Source: a virus (taxonomy: Duplodnaviria > Caudoviricetes). Taken from it: a DNA stretch of 36,372 nt. Each line of letters starts with the position of its first letter. The first letter of the stretch is position 1. The stretch is from IMG/VR virus record IMGVR_UViG_3300048851_000056, positions 1 to 36,372 of that record. One strand, written 5' to 3'. The notes under the pieces were generated by a model, which saw nothing but the letters and a program-made list of their open reading frames with translations, had not been told where the DNA came from and did not search any database. Of this stretch, positions 27,696 to 35,289 are shown piece after piece. A program made the position numbers and the translations under genes.

Positions 27696-28474
27696 TTACG
27701 AGGACGCATCTCCCCTTCGAGGGGCAGTTCGTTCAGGTGCCGAACGGGTGGGCGCGGAATAAGAATCTGACGCGTCGAGCACGGGGTCTGCTTGTGGAAC
27801 TCATGTCGCACCGGGTGGGGTGGCGGGTGACGATCGCGGGCCTCGTGGAGGCGGGACCGGAGGGTCGGGAAGCGGTGTCGGGTGCGGTGAACGAACTGAT
27901 CGAGCACGGGTACCTGACGCGGTCGCAGGCGCAGGGCGAGGGCGGCCGTTTCGGGCCGGTCGAGTACGAATTGGCTGATCCGGCCGCTAACGGGTTTGCC
28001 GCTAGCGGTGAAACCGCAGACGGTTTTGCCGCTAGCGGGGAATCCGCACCTAAGAACACCATCAAGAAAGAACACCATGAGAAGAACACGATGACGCGCG
28101 GGACGCGCATCCCCGAGCCGTTCCTCGTCGATGAGCAGATGCGGGTGTGGGCGCAGTCGGAGGCACCGTCGGTCGACCTGATCGTCGAGACGAAGAACTT
28201 CGCGGATCACTGGGCGACGCAGTCGGGGTCGCGGGGCGTGAAGCTCGATTGGGTGCGGGTGTGGCAGACGTGGATGCGTCGGCAGCATGGGTGGAATGTG
28301 GCGAAGGGCTGGAAGCCGGAGGCGCAGGTGCGCGACGTGACGGTGCAGCAGGCGGCCGAGCAGAAAGCACGTTGGTGCGCCGCTCGCGGGATCACGGTCG
28401 AGAAGTGGGACAGCATGTCGTCGGCGGAGCAGCGTGTGTTCGCGTCGCAGCACGAGCGGAAGGTGTCGGCATGA
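27692..28474 (+). CDS. replication initiator (lambda O/RepA-like wHTH)
   Basis: FVQVPN...LTRRARGLLVELMS...ELIEHGYL N-domain; RGTRIP...FADHW...KLDW..W..W C-domain; internal iterons; followed by DnaB. Confidence 0.85.
   Translation: MITRTHLPFEGQFVQVPNGWARNKNLTRRARGLLVELMSHRVGWRVTIAGLVEAGPEGREAVSGAVNELIEHGYLTRSQAQGEGGRFGPVEYELADPAANGFAASGETADGFAASGESAPKNTIKKEHHEKNTMTRGTRIPEPFLVDEQMRVWAQSEAPSVDLIVETKNFADHWATQSGSRGVKLDWVRVWQTWMRRQHGWNVAKGWKPEAQVRDVTVQQAAEQKARWCAARGITVEKWDSMSSAEQRVFASQHERKVSA
27984..28094. repeat. putative replication origin: 15-bp-period iterons plus A-rich repeats
   Basis: CCGCTAACGG, CCGCTAGCGG, CCGCAGACGG, CCGCTAGCGG, CCGCA at 27984, 27999, 28014, 28029, 28044, then three AAGAACACSAT copies. 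Confidence 0.75.
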
Positions 28475-29802
28475 GCGACGTCGCACCGGTCGACGAGTTC
28501 GGGCCGGAGACGCGGGAGGAGCAGTTCGACCTCGACGCGGAACGGCAGACTGTCGGGTCGATGCTGCTGTCGGCGTCGGCAGTGTGGGACGTCATCGACG
28601 TACTGCAGCCGGCCGATTTCTATCAGCCGAAGCACGAGCTGATCGTGCGCGCGGCCGCGGCGTTGGCGATGCGGTCGGAACCGACGGACGTGATCGCGGT
28701 CGGTGACGAGCTCGAACGCACCGGGAACCTGCAGCGCGCCGGCGGGCCGGCGTACCTGCACGAACTCACCGGGTCGGTGCTCACCGCAGCGAACGCGGGC
28801 TACTACGCGGAGATCGTGAAGCACAAAGCGATCCGCCGGCGCCTCGTCGCGGCGGGCACCCGCATCGTGCAGATGGGGCAGGACCCGGTCGGGGACACGG
28901 CGCAGCTCGTGGATCTCGCGCAGTCTGAGCTGGAACTCGTCGGGCAGGCGGCGCGGGTCGAGGTGCGGCCGGTGGGTGACACCCTCGACGCGCTGATCGA
29001 TTCGCTCGGCGTGGATCCGACGTACCTGCCTACCCCGTACACGGCGCTCGATGACCTGATCGGCGGGTTCGAGCCGGGTGGCCTTTACATCGTCGGCGCG
29101 CGCCCCGGATCGGGGAAGACGATCGTGGGGCTGCAGGCGGCCGCGAGGTTGGCGCGCGAGGGCGTCGTCGCGTTCGTGTCCCTAGAGATGGGCGAAGCGC
29201 AGTTGCAGATGCGGCTGCTCGCGCAGTACGGGGACGTCAACATGCGGGCGCTGCGCTCGCACAAGCTGTCTGACGAGGACTGGGCGAACATCGCGATCGC
29301 GCGGAAGCGGTTTCAGGAGGCGCCGATTTTCATCGACGATCACTCGAACACGCTCGAACAGATCCGGTCCTATGTCCGGTCGGTGGCGCGGAAGGGGACG
29401 CTGACGGGGGTCGTGATCGACTACCTGCAGTTGATCGAGGGCAGCGGCGGGAGGGACTCGACACGGCAGGAGCAGGTCGCGGCGGTGTCGCGGGCGCTGA
29501 AGAAACTCGCGAAGTCCCTGAACGTGCCGGTCATCGCACTGTCGCAGCTCACACGCGACCCGGAGAAGCGGGCGACGCGCACACCGGTGCTGTCGGACCT
29601 GCGGGAGTCGGGCGCGATCGAGCAGGACGCAGACGTCGTGATGATGCTCGACTACACCGCGGATACGAACGAGTTCTGGGTGCATGTGGTGAAGAACCGG
29701 CACGGGCAGCAGGGCAAGTTCCGGCTGATCTGGGAGGGCCATTACGCGCGGCTGAAGAACTACGAGTGGTCACCGTGGGACACCGCGGGCGGGATCAACT
29801 GA
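28471..29802 (+). CDS. dnaB: DnaB-like replicative helicase
   Basis: GARPGSGKT, SLEM, VIDYLQL, LSQLTR, SDLRESGAIEQDADVV, KNRHG. Confidence 0.97.
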   Translation: MSDVAPVDEFGPETREEQFDLDAERQTVGSMLLSASAVWDVIDVLQPADFYQPKHELIVRAAAALAMRSEPTDVIAVGDELERTGNLQRAGGPAYLHELTGSVLTAANAGYYAEIVKHKAIRRRLVAAGTRIVQMGQDPVGDTAQLVDLAQSELELVGQAARVEVRPVGDTLDALIDSLGVDPTYLPTPYTALDDLIGGFEPGGLYIVGARPGSGKTIVGLQAAARLAREGVVAFVSLEMGEAQLQMRLLAQYGDVNMRALRSHKLSDEDWANIAIARKRFQEAPIFIDDHSNTLEQIRSYVRSVARKGTLTGVVIDYLQLIEGSGGRDSTRQEQVAAVSRALKKLAKSLNVPVIALSQLTRDPEKRATRTPVLSDLRESGAIEQDADVVMMLDYTADTNEFWVHVVKNRHGQQGKFRLIWEGHYARLKNYEWSPWDTAGGIN

Positions 29803-29996
29803 TGATCCGCACGGAGTACCGGGTGACGGTCGGATGCGACGAGCCGCTGTGCTGGGACCGCATCGTGATCTCGACGACACACGAGCTGCAGCGGCCGGCG
29901 CTGCACGATGCGATCCGCTCGCGGAGCTGGTTCGTATCACCGAAGGGCGCGCTGACGCTCTGCACGAAACACACACGAGGGAAGGACAGGCGATGA
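29802..29996 (+). CDS. small Zn-binding protein
   Basis: CDEPLC...W...LCTKH; coupled. Confidence 0.6.
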   Translation: MIRTEYRVTVGCDEPLCWDRIVISTTHELQRPALHDAIRSRSWFVSPKGALTLCTKHTRGKDRR

Positions 29997-30508
29997 AGGA
30001 CAGGATCGAGGAGACGGTGACGAGGGACGTGGCACGGGTGGAGGTGAACGACGACTACCGGGTGACGGTGTGGCAGCGTCGGAAGACGATGGACTACACG
30101 CCGGACGAGGCGACGGCGTTCGCGCGGCTGCTCGCGGAGGCGGCGGTCGAGTCGCAGGCGATGATGCGGCTGCACCTCGCGGAGGCGGCTGTGCGGACAC
30201 AGGCGGGCGTTCTGGGCAGCGATTTAGTCCCTGATGGCACATCTGGTCGTCCGGAGCCGGAAACGGCCGCAGACGGGCGCACAGCGACGTCGGGGATCCC
30301 GGAGGAGGCGCGCAGGTTCCGCGAGGGCACGGTGTGGCCGAACGGGGGCTATCCCGAGGGGACGCAGATCACGGCGTCGTTCGTCGGGGGGTGGCCGGCC
30401 GAGTGTTCATGCGTGACGCTCCCTGGGGCGCTCTGGCAGCGATCGGTCGTGCGCTCGTGCTACCTGCACGGGCGCGGACCGATCCGCGGGTTTGGGGAGG
30501 CGCTCTGA
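29993..30508 (+). CDS. hypothetical protein
   Basis: ATGA coupling; YTPDEATAFARLLAEAA helix; C-terminal CSC...CYLHG. Confidence 0.6.
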   Translation: MKDRIEETVTRDVARVEVNDDYRVTVWQRRKTMDYTPDEATAFARLLAEAAVESQAMMRLHLAEAAVRTQAGVLGSDLVPDGTSGRPEPETAADGRTATSGIPEEARRFREGTVWPNGGYPEGTQITASFVGGWPAECSCVTLPGALWQRSVVRSCYLHGRGPIRGFGEAL

Positions 30509-31464
30509 TGGAGATCGAGCACACGGATCTCGTGGCAGAGCAGATGATCGCGGACGACGAGCGGGAGCGGCAGGAGGCGGAGGAGGCGGCGGTCCTCGAA
30601 CTGCTCCGGGTCCGCGCCGCGAAAGCTCTCACCGAGGCGAAGGACCTGATCGTGCACGTGCGCACGATCGCGCTGCAGCCGCGCACCGAACGCGGCGAGG
30701 TGCTGCGCGAGTGGTCGGCACCTGCACCCCTGCAGAAGATCGACGACGCGGACGAGTTCTGGTCGCAGTTGATCGACTGGGCGGTGTTCTGGGGCGAGAC
30801 CCTCGACCGGCCGGTGCCGAAAGCTGCACGCGCGGCGAGGGCGATCGAGAACGGGGAGGTGCAGGCGTTCCGCGCCGGCACGACACCGGAGCAGGCGGGA
30901 CAGCTCGTCGGGATCCTCGCGACACAGCTCGCGGTGTGGCTGCCGGAGATCGGCCGACAGGCGGCGGCGCGGGAGTTCTACATCGACGCGGCCGAGCTCG
31001 TGTCGAAGCTCCGCTCCCGGTATCCGCAGGCACCCCGGCCGGAGCGTCCGGTGTCCCCTCGCGCGTGCCCGGTGTGCGGCCGGCACGAGGTCGGGGCGTG
31101 GTGGCGGTCGGGGAACCCTCACGACGTCGTCGTCGAGTGCGGGCACTGCGGGCACGAGATCCCGGCGCGCACGATCGCGCGGGTCGTCGACTGGGTTGTC
31201 GGCGCGTCGAACTGCCTGCACCGGTTCCCGGCCGGCGGGGGTGTCTGCGAGAAGTGCTTCGCGGTCGTGTCGCCGCTGGGCGCGGAGATCGACGTCGACC
31301 CGGCACCTGCGGTCGAGGTTCCGCCGGCACCGGTGCGGGCGCCGCTGCTGCGACCGCACGCGTCGAACTTCCTGCCGCTCGGGTACATCGACGAACGGGA
31401 CGCGACACGGCCGGTGTGCGGCCGCTGCTGGATGCTGACCCCGTGCGATTGCGACGTGTTCTGA
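30508..31464 (+). CDS. Zn-ribbon protein, possible late transcription regulator
   Basis: 318 aa; CPVCG...CGHCG plus further Cys clusters; lies near end of early operon. Confidence 0.55.
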   Translation: MEIEHTDLVAEQMIADDERERQEAEEAAVLELLRVRAAKALTEAKDLIVHVRTIALQPRTERGEVLREWSAPAPLQKIDDADEFWSQLIDWAVFWGETLDRPVPKAARAARAIENGEVQAFRAGTTPEQAGQLVGILATQLAVWLPEIGRQAAAREFYIDAAELVSKLRSRYPQAPRPERPVSPRACPVCGRHEVGAWWRSGNPHDVVVECGHCGHEIPARTIARVVDWVVGASNCLHRFPAGGGVCEKCFAVVSPLGAEIDVDPAPAVEVPPAPVRAPLLRPHASNFLPLGYIDERDATRPVCGRCWMLTPCDCDVF

Positions 31465-31847
31465 TGGCGACGACACTCGATCCCCTGGGCATCCGCCGCA
31501 GGCTCGGACGGTCGCTGTGGTTCCCCCCGGACCCGTTCGGCCCGGACGGGTGGAAGTTCGACGCACGCGACGACGCACGACGCATCATCGTGTCCGCCGC
31601 ACCCGCACCGGACGACGTCGACGGGACCGGAGGAGACTGGTGGCACGCGTCGATCTCGGCGCCTGTGATGCCGACGTACGACGACCTGCAGATGATGCAC
31701 CGGGCGGTGTGGCCGGACGGGTACGCGTATCAGGTGTTCGCGCCGCCGGCGGAGCACGTGAACATTCACGTGCACGCGCTGCACCTCTGGGGACGACCTA
31801 ACGGGGCGCGGCTGCTGCCTGCGTTCGGGATGCACGGGACTATCTGA
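31464..31847 (+). CDS. conserved phage protein with WxHxSxS...PTY...HVNIH..LHLW motif
   Basis: His-rich motif, coupled at both ends. Confidence 0.7.
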   Translation: MATTLDPLGIRRRLGRSLWFPPDPFGPDGWKFDARDDARRIIVSAAPAPDDVDGTGGDWWHASISAPVMPTYDDLQMMHRAVWPDGYAYQVFAPPAEHVNIHVHALHLWGRPNGARLLPAFGMHGTI

Positions 31848-31924
31848 TGGGCCGGCTGCTGTTGGCGCTGATCGCAGCTATCGTCGCGCTCGTGGAGTGG
31901 GACGGACGGGAGGAGGGGCTGTGA
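31847..31924 (+). CDS. 25-aa hydrophobic micropeptide
   Basis: MGRLLLALIAAIVALVEWDGREEGL*; TGATG start overlap and GTGA stop overlap fill the gap exactly. Confidence 0.55.
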   Translation: MGRLLLALIAAIVALVEWDGREEGL

Positions 31925-32634
31925 TCGAGTGGATCGGACCGTTCGCGTCGGTGTGCGGGATGGTGATCACGATGGGGTTCGGCATCTGGGCCGCACGCGT
32001 CGGGTCACGGAGCCAAGCGGCCGCCATCGAGCGGCAGCGGGGCGTACAAGCCGCATGGGAGGCGCAGCGGGCGTCCGACGAAGCTGACGAGATGATCGCG
32101 CGGCACCGGGAGCGGAAGCGGTTGCAGCACGTGTTCGAGCTCTCGGTTGTGGATCTGCTGCTCGCGGGTGACCGGTTCACGGTGCATCCGGAGTTCGTGC
32201 GGGTGTGGCGGGATGGGGCGTCGATCGAGTGGCTGCTCGACTCGGAGGAGAAGCGGGCGATGATCGACGCGCTCGGTCTGAGGTTCGACAGCTTCGAGCG
32301 GCCGACGCCGGCGCCGCAGGCTGCGCAGGTGTCGGATGCGGTCGTCGCGGCTCGCGCGGTCCTGCGGGCGCGGACGGCGGCGGAGGCGCGTCCGTTGCTG
32401 CGGGGCATGCAGTTCGTCGAGCGGTCGGAGGAGCCGCCGCTCGGGACGCTGTGGACACAGGGGCACGGGCCGGTGGAGGCGAGAATCGTGAACGTCTCGC
32501 AGGCGGAGTATGACGCGCTGCCGGTGAAGGATCCGCGCACCATGTACCGGATCATCGATGCGCCGAAGCCGACGATGCTGATGCGTACCGCGGATTACGA
32601 GGCGTTGGTGCGGGAAGCGAAAGAGCGGCGGTGA
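31921..32634 (+). CDS. membrane-anchored protein with tail-fibre-type SQAEYDAL..KD..TMY motif
   Basis: RBS GGAGGAGG; N-terminal TM; motif at 32485-32556. Confidence 0.65.
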   Translation: MIEWIGPFASVCGMVITMGFGIWAARVGSRSQAAAIERQRGVQAAWEAQRASDEADEMIARHRERKRLQHVFELSVVDLLLAGDRFTVHPEFVRVWRDGASIEWLLDSEEKRAMIDALGLRFDSFERPTPAPQAAQVSDAVVAARAVLRARTAAEARPLLRGMQFVERSEEPPLGTLWTQGHGPVEARIVNVSQAEYDALPVKDPRTMYRIIDAPKPTMLMRTADYEALVREAKERR

Positions 32635-32822
32635 AGCGGCCGCTGACGGTGCAGCAGGCGGCGGACACGGTGAATCGGTCGAGGCGGCAGATCATGCAGT
32701 GGCTGAAGGACGGGATGCCGTCGCAGCTCGTGCTCGGGAAACGGTACATCGCGCACGGGGACCTGATCTCGTGGGCGGCCGAGAATGGACGCAGGAGGGG
32801 TCCTTCGGACACTGAAGACTGA
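32631..32822 (+). CDS. small HTH DNA-binding protein
   Basis: LTVQQAADTVNRSRRQIMQWLKDGMP. Confidence 0.75.
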   Translation: MKRPLTVQQAADTVNRSRRQIMQWLKDGMPSQLVLGKRYIAHGDLISWAAENGRRRGPSDTED

Positions 32823-32865
32823 ACTGCACACCGATCTAGTAGCATGGCGCTTAGCTAGTCCCACG

Positions 32866-32900
32866 CCCCCCAATAATCAGCACTGATTATCGGGGGGTTT
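32866..32900 (+). terminator. terminator-like hairpin
   Basis: CCCCCCaATAATCAG/CTGATTATcGGGGGG followed by TTT. Confidence 0.7.
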
Positions 32901-32914
32901 GGCGCATCTAGCGC

Positions 32915-33172
32915 AGACTCCCGGCGTTACTGTCCTTCCGCCGGGACTGGGGTGCGGCACCGCTGGGGAGTGGAGCGCCGCACCCCCCTTAGACTCCGCT
33001 CCGAGCGGCCGCGTCGACCACCGAGAACCCGCTGCCCCCATACGCGGACCCGGTCGGGACGGGCCGCTCGGAGCGGGACATGCCCCCGGACGGTGGGCGT
33101 CAAACGCTTAGGCGAAGCTTCACCCCTGTGCGGGCCGTCGCAACCCGCGGTGTCGCTGCGCTGCCGTCCGGG
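32915..33172 (+). ncRNA. candidate structured RNA / late leader (four consecutive stem-loops after the terminator-like hairpin)
   Basis: Stems 32919-26/32939-46, 32949-58/32977-86, 32996-33010/33062-76 (15 bp perfect), 33085-93/33164-72; no credible ORF; strand assumed from flanking genes. Confidence 0.5.
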
Positions 33173-33198
33173 ATTCACTGATGAGAAGGGGCCGGCTG

Positions 33199-33414
33199 AT
33201 GGCTGAAGCTACGGGAGCGCACGTCGAGGGACACGCGCTGATCGAGGACGGTGCACCGCACAACGACCGAGGCGTCGCGACGGTGTCGAAGTTCGGCCGA
33301 GGCAAGTGCGAGTGCGGTGCGCTCTCACCGGCGGGCGGCACGATCATCGGCCGGAAGCGGTGGCACCGGAAGCACAAGCAGGAACTCCCGGGCGATGCAG
33401 TCGACGGGGACTGA
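33199..33414 (+). CDS. small Zn-binding protein
   Basis: RBS GAAGGGG; GH...CECG...WHRKHK. Confidence 0.65.
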   Translation: MAEATGAHVEGHALIEDGAPHNDRGVATVSKFGRGKCECGALSPAGGTIIGRKRWHRKHKQELPGDAVDGD

Positions 33415-33598
33415 GCAGCCGCTGCAGTGCGCGCAGGACGGATGCACCCGGAACGCACGGCAGGAGACGCTGTACCGGACGAACCCGCAGGGGGTGCCCG
33501 GTGTGTTCATGTGCAAGCCGCACGCCCGGAGATCGCGCCACACGGACGCTCCGGCGGTCGTACCGCTCGACCTGGCACGGATCCGGGCGGGCCGGTGA
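33395..33598 (+). CDS. small Zn-binding protein
   Basis: CAQDGC...LYRTNPQGVPGVFMCKPH. Confidence 0.55.
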   Translation: MQSTGTEQPLQCAQDGCTRNARQETLYRTNPQGVPGVFMCKPHARRSRHTDAPAVVPLDLARIRAGR

Positions 33599-33693
33599 GA
33601 CGGGCACGCTGCTGCAGGCTCGTGGTCGTCTGGAACGCGAGACGCGGCGAGGTCGGGGTGTACGACCTCGGCACCCGATCGTGGGTGGCCTGA
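33595..33693 (+). CDS. 32-aa hypothetical protein
   Basis: GTGA and TGATG coupling fill the gap exactly. Confidence 0.45.
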   Translation: MRRARCCRLVVVWNARRGEVGVYDLGTRSWVA

Positions 33694-34001
33694 TGGGGCG
33701 CACGAACACGAGGCGGATGCACAAGCTGCGCACCGAGTTCTTCGAGCTCGGGAAGCGGCAGGCGGCCGCCGGCGATAAGCGGGCGGACTGTGCACGCTGC
33801 CGGATGCCGATCGACTACACGGTCTCACCTCACAGCACGGACGATTCCCACAACCTCGGGCATATCCGCAGCGTCGAGGACTTCCCGGAGCTGCAGGAGG
33901 ATCCGAGCAACTTTCAGCACGAGCACCGGTCCTGCAACCTCGCAGCAGGGTCGAAGGTGCAGACGGGCGGACTCGGCGTCGAGGTCCCCGCATGGTGGTG
34001 A
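33693..34001 (+). CDS. HNH endonuclease (packaging-associated type)
   Basis: CARCRMPIDY...GHIRSV..FPEL..DPSNF..EHRSCN. Confidence 0.85.
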   Translation: MGRTNTRRMHKLRTEFFELGKRQAAAGDKRADCARCRMPIDYTVSPHSTDDSHNLGHIRSVEDFPELQEDPSNFQHEHRSCNLAAGSKVQTGGLGVEVPAWW

Positions 34002-34008
34002 GAATTGG

Positions 34009-34054
34009 GCCTATGCAAAACGCATATGCGCGTGCCATACTGGACACATGACAA
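34009..34054 (+). promoter_or_regulatory. repeat promoter/operator copy 1
   Basis: GCCTATGCAAAA-CGCATATGCG(palindrome)-CGTGC-CATACT(-10)-6 nt-ATGACAA. Confidence 0.7.
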
Positions 34055-34410
34055 CGACACTCCCCCTCCAGTCCGAAACGATCTACACCAGAGTCGCCGG
34101 CGGCATCACCGTCTTTCTGAACGGCGAACGCGGCACGACGACCGAGTTCCACACCGTCCGCGGCGAAATGCTCGGCGTGTTCGTGAAGCTCGACCGCGGC
34201 GCCATGCTTTACGTCCGCACCGGCGAACTCGTCGCGGTCTGCAGTTGCGGCGCCGACGTACTCGGCCAGTCCGAGCACAACGTGCACTGCAACCTCCCCG
34301 CCGGCCGGAAGGTCGAGCGGACGATCGTCGAGGTTCGCGAGATCGACCGCGACGAGTTCGACCGCATCGTCGGGCTCGACGAGCTCCGCCGTTCGTTCGG
34401 GTGGGCCTGA
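34048..34410 (+). CDS. hypothetical protein (leaderless)
   Basis: ATG 6 nt after candidate -10; CSCG...H..HC; ends ELRRSFGWA. Confidence 0.65.
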   Translation: MTTTLPLQSETIYTRVAGGITVFLNGERGTTTEFHTVRGEMLGVFVKLDRGAMLYVRTGELVAVCSCGADVLGQSEHNVHCNLPAGRKVERTIVEVREIDRDEFDRIVGLDELRRSFGWA

Positions 34411-34412
34411 TC

Positions 34413-34631
34413 ATGGCGGGCACGGAGTCGAAGCCGATCACGGGGACGGAGGTCGCGCGGCTGCGCGACGTCTTCGACCTCGCGTGCGGGAAGCTGAACG
34501 CGGCAGGCGAGAACCCGCCGGCCGAGCTCGTCGAGGAGTTCGGCGCAGCGTTCGACGCGTTCACGGATGCGGAGATCGCGTACGAGCGGAAGCGTCGCGA
34601 GGATCTCCGTCGCGACCTCGGGTGGATCTGA
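34413..34631 (+). CDS. small helical hypothetical protein
   Basis: 72 aa; ends DLRRDLGWI. Confidence 0.6.
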   Translation: MAGTESKPITGTEVARLRDVFDLACGKLNAAGENPPAELVEEFGAAFDAFTDAEIAYERKRREDLRRDLGWI

Positions 34632-34876
34632 TGGGCGCCCCGATGAAGAACCGGGTGCTGCGGGTGTCCGACGAGACGTGGGAGGCAGCGCAGGCTGCGG
34701 CCGCGCGTCGCGGCGAGAAGCTGTCGGAGCAGATCCGCGCGTTCCTAGAGGAGTATCCCGGCCGGGATCAGTGCGGGACGTGCACGGGGTCCGGGATGGT
34801 GCGTTACCTGATCGGGAAGCGCACGACCTCGAAGGTCTGCCCGGGCTGCGGCGGGACCGGGATCACTCCGAACTAA
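34631..34876 (+). CDS. ribbon-helix-helix protein fused to DnaJ-type Zn finger
   Basis: KNRVLRVSDETWEAAQAAAARRGEKLSEQIRAFLEEY (RHH) plus CGTCTGSG...CPGCGGTG. Confidence 0.78.
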   Translation: MGAPMKNRVLRVSDETWEAAQAAAARRGEKLSEQIRAFLEEYPGRDQCGTCTGSGMVRYLIGKRTTSKVCPGCGGTGITPN

Positions 34877-34877
34877 A

Positions 34878-34923
34878 GCCTATGCAAATCGCATATGCGT
34901 GTGTTAGTGTTGAGTCATGACAA
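34878..34923 (+). promoter_or_regulatory. repeat promoter/operator copy 2
   Basis: GCCTATGCAAAT-CGCATATGCG-TGTGT-TAGTGT-6 nt-ATGACAA, same spacing as copy 1. Confidence 0.7.
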
Positions 34924-34979
34924 AGGGCGCCCCACTGGGGGGTGTTCACCTTCCGCCCTCGGGCAGAAAGGGGCCGGTC

Positions 34980-35183
34980 ATGGCTCTCGCGACTCGCACG
35001 ACTTCCGCTCTCACCCTTCCCTGCCCGGGCAACTGCTGCGGCGGCAAGTGCGCCGGCGAGCTCGTGCAGGCTCGGCGCGGCGTCGACCGTCGCACCGGAC
35101 GGCCGACGGTGTCCTACCGGCCGTGCACGGTCCTCGTCGCGCAGCACTGGGCCGGACCGTGGTCCGAGGTGCTATGGGCGTGA
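34980..35183 (+). CDS. Cys-rich small protein (alternative leaderless start at 34917)
   Basis: RBS GAAAGGGG; CPGNCCGGKC. Confidence 0.5.
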   Translation: MALATRTTSALTLPCPGNCCGGKCAGELVQARRGVDRRTGRPTVSYRPCTVLVAQHWAGPWSEVLWA

Positions 35184-35195
35184 CCCCCTAGACCG

Positions 35196-35230
35196 GATCC
35201 CCCGACGCTCTGAGCAGGCGCCGGGGGATC
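35196..35230 (+). terminator. terminator-like hairpin
   Basis: GATCCCCCG/CGGGGGATC stem in intergenic region; weak U-tract. Confidence 0.45.
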
Positions 35231-35289
35231 TGTCGTTCCGGGGCAGAGCACTCGCATAGGCGAGGGATAACCAAACACAGGAGGACAGC

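Noticed and set aside
1000-31842. Reverse-strand TAGTCC hits (GGACTA at about 1000, 6621, 14620, 31838)
   Set aside because: Explained by ordinary codon pairs such as Asp-Tyr, and they lack the second half of the motif
32899-33206. Short ORFs and tRNA/CRISPR interpretation of the structured gap
   Set aside because: ORFs lack RBS and typical codon bias; no cloverleaf with T-loop; no identical repeat-spacer array or cas genes
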